Source of the DNA: Fimbriosthenelais zetlandica
Lineage: Eukaryota
Direction of reading: 5' to 3'
Assembly: GCA_977030845.1 (NCBI GenBank)
Contig: OZ365113.1
Coordinates: forward strand, 38,936,001 to 39,000,000
DNA: 64,000 bases
The position numbers and the translations under genes were made by a program. Below, piece after piece: positions 63,001-64,000 of the stretch (its first letter is position 1; every line of letters starts with the position of its first letter). The notes under the pieces are model-generated. The model did not search any database and was not told the origin of the DNA. It worked only from the letters and a program-made list of their open reading frames with translations.

Positions 63001-63988
63001 TTACCCCTGTCAGCTTGAATGAGACCCTCTCGGTCCAAAATAACACAATTAACCCAGATAAGCCCTATGTTGGTATGCCGACTCCCTTTTGAGTTAAATT
63101 GAACCATTTTTAATGTATTTTTAGTTTCAATGCTAAGAATCCCAAAATTGCCATTGGACCCGGCCATGGCATTTTTATTTTTGATGACGGTCGCCATGGG
63201 TAGTATGTCTGAGCAGGAAGGATTATCCAAGACAGTATAAATATTTTAGTTTTACTTGTTCATTCAGTTTTGAACCCACAATAATCTTTACCTCATTTTG
63301 GTGAGACTAGATGAAAGTCAAAAATCCCGTTTAGCCACTGAGGTCGAAAAAAGAGTGAGGAATTCCTGAAAGTTTAATTACATATACCGGCACACTGATC
63401 ATAATTATCACATAAAAGCTGTGAATTTTACATTATGTCTTCAAGAATTACTCTGGGAATGCTATGCATATCAAAATTGACTTATGCCATTATTTATACT
63501 GTGTTGGTATCCCTCCTGGAAGGAAGACTGGGTTTTCCTTTATCAACCATGAGCCACCAATCCTCCTTGACTTATCTGGGTTATGAAAACAACGAAAACA
63601 TTGAACATAATCACTATATTATTTTCCGGCATTATCTTGAGCCTCTCAACAATATGTGCTTGGCAGGCGACAACAACCAATCTGAGACTGAGGAGATGCA
63701 AATTGGCTCTGAACCAGTCTTTGAATCAGACTACTATGTTCCTGATTTTGATGAGTTGAGCAAGTACGTGAATGACGATGAAGTTCGACGGCGAGTAAAT
63801 GAGTGGCGGGAGATGCAAATGAAGAATTCCCCAATGCTAGAAATCAAGTTATGGTTTGACAAGGTGATGAAACGGTCTGGGCCACAAATAACAGGACATG
63901 AGGAGTGCTTTAAAACATACCCCCTCTTCGCTTCTGCAAACTTCTCCTTTTTCTCTGGAACCCTTGAAGGTTGCGAGGCGTGTTATAA
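1478..63988 (+). CDS. CACNA2D3: Voltage-dependent calcium channel subunit alpha2delta (alpha2delta-3/4-like), multi-exon gene, 5' and 3' partial
   Basis: Hand-spliced exons give an in-frame protein with family motifs: [120 protein letters not shown]. The MIDAS Thr position is Ala (NIAAF), non-canonical as in alpha2delta-3/4. The symbol means clade similarity, not proven orthology. First exon(s) and the GPI-signal exon lie outside the window. Confidence 0.95.
10936..11061. mobile_element. Fold-back / MITE-like palindromic element
   Basis: Nested inverted repeats tagaccctttgttggtt/aaccaacaaagggtcta, cccgtctagtgcgt/acgcactagacggg, atatactc/gagtatat. Confidence 0.7.
14300..15300 (-). mobile_element. 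Degraded non-LTR retrotransposon (CR1/L2-like) ORF2 remnant
   Basis: Minus-strand translation LKPIK.NAPSE...[12 protein letters not shown]...LVHKG...RN resembles the pre-RT region; many stops; boundaries approximate. Confidence 0.3.
16149..16222. mobile_element. Mini MITE, PIF/Harbinger-like termini
   Basis: ccagggcccgtttcag ... ctgaaacaggtccctgg with internal cttagcattgctaat; second copy at 45876. Confidence 0.5.
19140..19500 (-). mobile_element. Degraded LINE RT remnant
   Basis: [13 protein letters not shown] resembles RT motif GVPQGSVLGPLLF; frameshifted; approximate. Confidence 0.28.
20985..21044 (+). CDS. CACNA2D3: alpha2delta exon, phase 0-0 ([20 protein letters not shown])
   Basis: tttttttccag|...cag|gtaaca; matches RLVEAAEEAHLKHEF; follows a 19.4-kb intron. 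Confidence 0.88.
22925..22985. repeat. Tandem repeat, 21-bp unit x ~2.9
   Basis: atgtaaaagcaccacatagtc repeated. Confidence 0.9.
24781..24950 (-). mobile_element. CR1/L2-type LINE ORF2 C-terminus
   Basis: Minus strand reads [50 protein letters not shown], the typical ORF2 tail (RT...WN.LP..IR.....FK). Confidence 0.72.
25165..25450 (+). mobile_element. LINE reverse-transcriptase fragment
   Basis: [20 protein letters not shown] matches the non-LTR RT motif D(L/F)xKAFDxVxHxxL. Confidence 0.68.
27158..27287 (+). CDS. CACNA2D3: alpha2delta exon, phase 0-1 (KDYPKAKK...[23 protein letters not shown])
   Basis: tttacag|...t|gtgagt; HFN..PVN...S.V.VPTN.Y motif. Confidence 0.92.
31896..32289. repeat. 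Minisatellite, 31-bp unit x ~12.7
   Basis: atatacaagtaac(t/c)at(c/g)actgacaccatgtg, head-to-tail with no spacers. Confidence 0.97.
32288..32392 (+). repeat. 37-bp tandem triplication containing the 3' splice site
   Basis: gattgatttctttgccttttccag|cttctca(ccatgt) starting at 32288, 32325 and 32362. Confidence 0.95.
32386..32517 (+). CDS. CACNA2D3: alpha2delta exon, phase 1-1 ([14 protein letters not shown]...[16 protein letters not shown])
   Basis: Third of three identical acceptors and the only one in frame; donor g|gtaaa. Confidence 0.93.
36765..36834 (+). CDS. CACNA2D3: alpha2delta exon, phase 1-2 ([24 protein letters not shown])
   Basis: cttcctag|...tg|gtaagc; Cache YxxxxRxW motif. Confidence 0.92.
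37343..37493 (+). CDS. CACNA2D3: alpha2delta exon, phase 2-0, start of VWA domain with MIDAS DASGS
   Basis: [50 protein letters not shown]; ccag|...aag|gtacag. Confidence 0.95.
37654..37728 (+). CDS. CACNA2D3: alpha2delta exon, phase 0-0 ([25 protein letters not shown])
   Basis: gcag|...aag|gtgata; C.NGTLVQA motif. Confidence 0.93.
37756..37815. repeat. Tandem duplication, 30-bp unit x2
   Basis: tataagagggtgtgtacaatgtcactataa twice. Confidence 0.9.
37936..38025 (+). CDS. CACNA2D3: alpha2delta exon, phase 0-0 ([30 protein letters not shown])
   Basis: ttcttcag|...gag|gtaatt; VWA helix. Confidence 0.9.
38620..39000 (-). mobile_element. RTE-clade-like LINE 3' remnant
   Basis: GHVSR...G...CDLK...ID resembles the RTE ORF tail WLGHVxRM...KxDLK...ID. 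Confidence 0.35.
39779..39892 (+). CDS. CACNA2D3: alpha2delta exon, phase 0-0 ([38 protein letters not shown])
   Basis: tttag|...agg|gtaagt; [12 protein letters not shown]. Confidence 0.94.
40107..40185 (+). CDS. CACNA2D3: alpha2delta exon, phase 0-1 ([27 protein letters not shown])
   Basis: ttatcag|...g|gtgaat. Confidence 0.94.
40500..40549 (+). CDS. CACNA2D3: alpha2delta exon, phase 1-0 ([17 protein letters not shown])
   Basis: ttttcag|...cag|gtacgt; ISTLADVQE motif. Confidence 0.93.
41254..41337 (+). CDS. CACNA2D3: Alternative exon variant A, phase 0-0 ([28 protein letters not shown])
   Basis: ctttctag|...gcg|gtaggt; closest to vertebrate [26 protein letters not shown]. Confidence 0.92.
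42106..42210 (+). CDS. CACNA2D3: Alternative exon variant B, phase 0-0 ([35 protein letters not shown])
   Basis: actttcag|...cag|gtttgt; 14/28 aa identical to variant A; 105 nt, no stop. Confidence 0.82.
42725..42823 (+). CDS. CACNA2D3: Alternative exon variant C, phase 0-0 ([33 protein letters not shown])
   Basis: cttttggttttcag|...gtg|gtaagc; 99 nt, open; keeps Y2, I3, S7, P9, T18 and W (+1) of A/B; more diverged. Confidence 0.62.
44749..44766 (+). CDS. CACNA2D3: Candidate 18-nt microexon, phase 0-0 (HDAGTQ)
   Basis: cttctcctcgcatatttacag|catgatgctggcacccag|gtaatt; upstream ctaac branch-like motif; variable linker position. Confidence 0.55.
45876..45947. mobile_element. Mini MITE, same family as 16149-16222
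   Basis: ccaggagcctgtttcaaaa ... ttttgaagcgggcccttg; internal cttagcattgctaat. Confidence 0.5.
46459..46515 (+). CDS. CACNA2D3: alpha2delta exon, phase 0-0 ([19 protein letters not shown])
   Basis: atttcag|...act|gtaagt; matches LMTTVAMPVFSKQNET. Confidence 0.92.
47220..47300 (+). CDS. CACNA2D3: alpha2delta exon, phase 0-0 ([27 protein letters not shown])
   Basis: ccaacag|...aag|gtaagt. Confidence 0.93.
47411..47485 (+). CDS. CACNA2D3: alpha2delta exon, phase 0-0 ([25 protein letters not shown])
   Basis: tttcag|...acg|gtaaga. Confidence 0.94.
48012..48038 (+). CDS. CACNA2D3: Candidate 27-nt microexon, phase 0-0 (WNGANASTQ)
   Basis: Long pyrimidine tract ...tgtgtcgacag|...cag|gtacaa; in frame. 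Confidence 0.5.
49588..49662 (+). CDS. CACNA2D3: alpha2delta exon, phase 0-0 ([25 protein letters not shown])
   Basis: tttacag|...gag|gtaaag; KPNY.SVDL.EVE. Confidence 0.93.
50025..50051 (+). CDS. CACNA2D3: Candidate 27-nt microexon, phase 0-0 (ASNYSIYDE)
   Basis: ttgtttgattccag|...gag|gtatat; donor only moderate. Confidence 0.4.
51335..51373 (+). CDS. CACNA2D3: 39-nt exon, phase 0-0 ([13 protein letters not shown])
   Basis: cttttcattgcctttttctag|...gag|gtgagt; strong splice sites, in frame. Confidence 0.7.
51487..51558 (+). CDS. CACNA2D3: alpha2delta exon, phase 0-0 ([24 protein letters not shown])
   Basis: cacacag|...atg|gtaggc; LRN.M...TG motif. Confidence 0.9.
51655..51716 (+). CDS. 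CACNA2D3: alpha2delta exon, phase 0-2 ([21 protein letters not shown])
   Basis: ctctttccag|...ag|gtaaat. Confidence 0.92.
51895..51968 (+). CDS. CACNA2D3: alpha2delta exon, phase 2-1 ([24 protein letters not shown])
   Basis: ttacttcag|...g|gtaagt. Confidence 0.9.
52183..52225 (+). CDS. CACNA2D3: alpha2delta exon, phase 1-2 ([15 protein letters not shown])
   Basis: cctttcag|...tg|gtgagt. Confidence 0.88.
52352..52458 (+). CDS. CACNA2D3: alpha2delta exon, phase 2-1 ([35 protein letters not shown])
   Basis: cttctag|...t|gtgagc; W.YC...C pattern. Confidence 0.88.
52736..52850 (+). CDS. CACNA2D3: alpha2delta exon, phase 1-2 ([38 protein letters not shown])
   Basis: cttaccag|...ag|gtaaag; CD.ELI..+L.DA. 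Confidence 0.92.
54230..54277 (+). CDS. CACNA2D3: Candidate 48-nt cassette exon, phase 2-2 ([16 protein letters not shown])
   Basis: tactaat branch-like motif, pyrimidine tract, gcacag|...aag|gtaacg; phase matches flanking exons, no stop. Confidence 0.5.
55553..55632. repeat. Tandem repeat, 28-bp unit x ~2.8
   Basis: ataattagcatattcaatcaattgtcat repeated. Confidence 0.9.
56802..56882 (+). CDS. CACNA2D3: alpha2delta exon, phase 2-2 ([27 protein letters not shown])
   Basis: ccttttcag|...cc|gtacgt; matches GVEVAFLGTRTGLSR. Confidence 0.92.
57063..57166 (+). CDS. CACNA2D3: alpha2delta exon, phase 2-1 ([34 protein letters not shown])
   Basis: cattacag|...g|gtaagt; L.Y.RA...F..S+PF. Confidence 0.9.
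57302..57495 (+). CDS. CACNA2D3: alpha2delta exon, phase 1-0 ([17 protein letters not shown]...AAVVGLQM...CNLTCESP)
   Basis: atttcag|...cca|gtacgt. Confidence 0.92.
57604..57666 (+). CDS. CACNA2D3: alpha2delta exon, phase 0-0 ([21 protein letters not shown])
   Basis: ccttttag|...gag|gtaagt. Confidence 0.94.
57783..57868 (+). CDS. CACNA2D3: alpha2delta exon, phase 0-2 ([29 protein letters not shown])
   Basis: tttttgcag|...ag|gtacgg. Confidence 0.92.
57956..58034 (+). CDS. CACNA2D3: alpha2delta exon, phase 2-0 ([26 protein letters not shown])
   Basis: gctttcag|...aat|gtaagt; D+Q.MC motif. Confidence 0.92.
58147..58199 (+). CDS. CACNA2D3: alpha2delta exon, phase 0-2 ([18 protein letters not shown])
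   Basis: tttacag|...ct|gtaagt. Confidence 0.9.
58412..58470 (+). CDS. CACNA2D3: alpha2delta exon, phase 2-1 ([19 protein letters not shown]), end of alpha2 chain
   Basis: ctcttgtag|...g|gtaagt; matches FLVEFNLCSWWHSDMTA. Confidence 0.93.
58831..59117 (+). repeat. Diverged direct duplicate, copy 1 (copy 2 at 61223-61522)
   Basis: Shared blocks 27/30 (58861 vs 61263) and 30/35 (58918 vs 61363), plus a ...gagat.aaggccattt end. Confidence 0.8.
59984..60015. repeat. (CT)n microsatellite
   Basis: about 16 CT units. Confidence 0.9.
60581..60722 (+). CDS. CACNA2D3: Alternative delta exon variant a, phase 1-2 ([48 protein letters not shown])
   Basis: tatatag|cagcag...aa|gtaagt; 142 nt, open; RRGP..TC...CxxxCEK pattern like variants b and c. 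Confidence 0.72.
61223..61522 (+). repeat. Diverged direct duplicate, copy 2
   Basis: See copy 1 at 58831-59117. Confidence 0.8.
61742..62213 (+). CDS. CACNA2D3: Alternative delta exon variant b, phase 1-2, long acidic insert (...[19 protein letters not shown]...DCPENKCK)
   Basis: gcctcttcag|...aa|gtgagt; 472 nt, open, GC-elevated. Confidence 0.85.
62900..63072 (+). CDS. Candidate exon, phase 2-1 ([10 protein letters not shown]...[17 protein letters not shown]...KPYV)
   Basis: ttttgccaaccag|...g|gtatgc; only the phase-2 frame is open; GC-elevated; weak homology. Confidence 0.3.
63667..63988 (+). CDS. CACNA2D3: Alternative delta exon variant c, phase 1-2 (...[26 protein letters not shown]...GCEACYK)
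   Basis: gcttggcag|...aa|gtgagt; 322 nt, open; 12/29 identical to variant b in the core. Confidence 0.87.
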
Positions 63989-64000
63989 GTGAGTACATCT

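Noticed and set aside
63435-63666. N-terminal 77 aa of the 185-aa ORF at 63435-63992
   Set aside because: Intronic read-through upstream of the acceptor at 63666; only 63667-63988 is exon.
1-64000. tRNA, rRNA or snoRNA genes
   Set aside because: No cloverleaf, rRNA-like or paired C/D box structure was recognised by eye. A covariance-model scan (tRNAscan-SE, Infernal/Rfam) would be needed to exclude them.

Overview
Eukaryotic (animal, probably invertebrate; species not determinable) genomic window. It is almost entirely one large + strand multi-exon gene for a voltage-gated Ca2+ channel auxiliary subunit alpha2delta (CACNA2D3/4-like), truncated at both ends by the window. About 33 core exons were reconstructed by hand with GT-AG boundaries and consistent phases (N-terminal helices, Cache 1, VWA/MIDAS, further Cache domains, alpha2/delta junction). 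The most striking feature is a dense alternative-splicing architecture. (1) Three tandem homologous phase 0-0 exons (41254, 42106, 42725) encode the post-VWA segment carrying the Y/D half of the Cache amino-acid/gabapentinoid pocket. (2) Three tandem homologous phase 1-2 exons (60581, 61742, 63667) encode alternative N-termini of the delta chain right after the predicted cleavage site. (3) There are several candidate micro/cassette exons. (4) A 3' splice site is triplicated and fused to a 31-bp minisatellite. Introns also carry LINE remnants, MITE-like elements and short tandem repeats. Most ORF-track entries are spurious. All alternative-exon calls come from sequence only and need RNA-seq. 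Comparisons with vertebrate alpha2delta proteins are from memory, not from a search.
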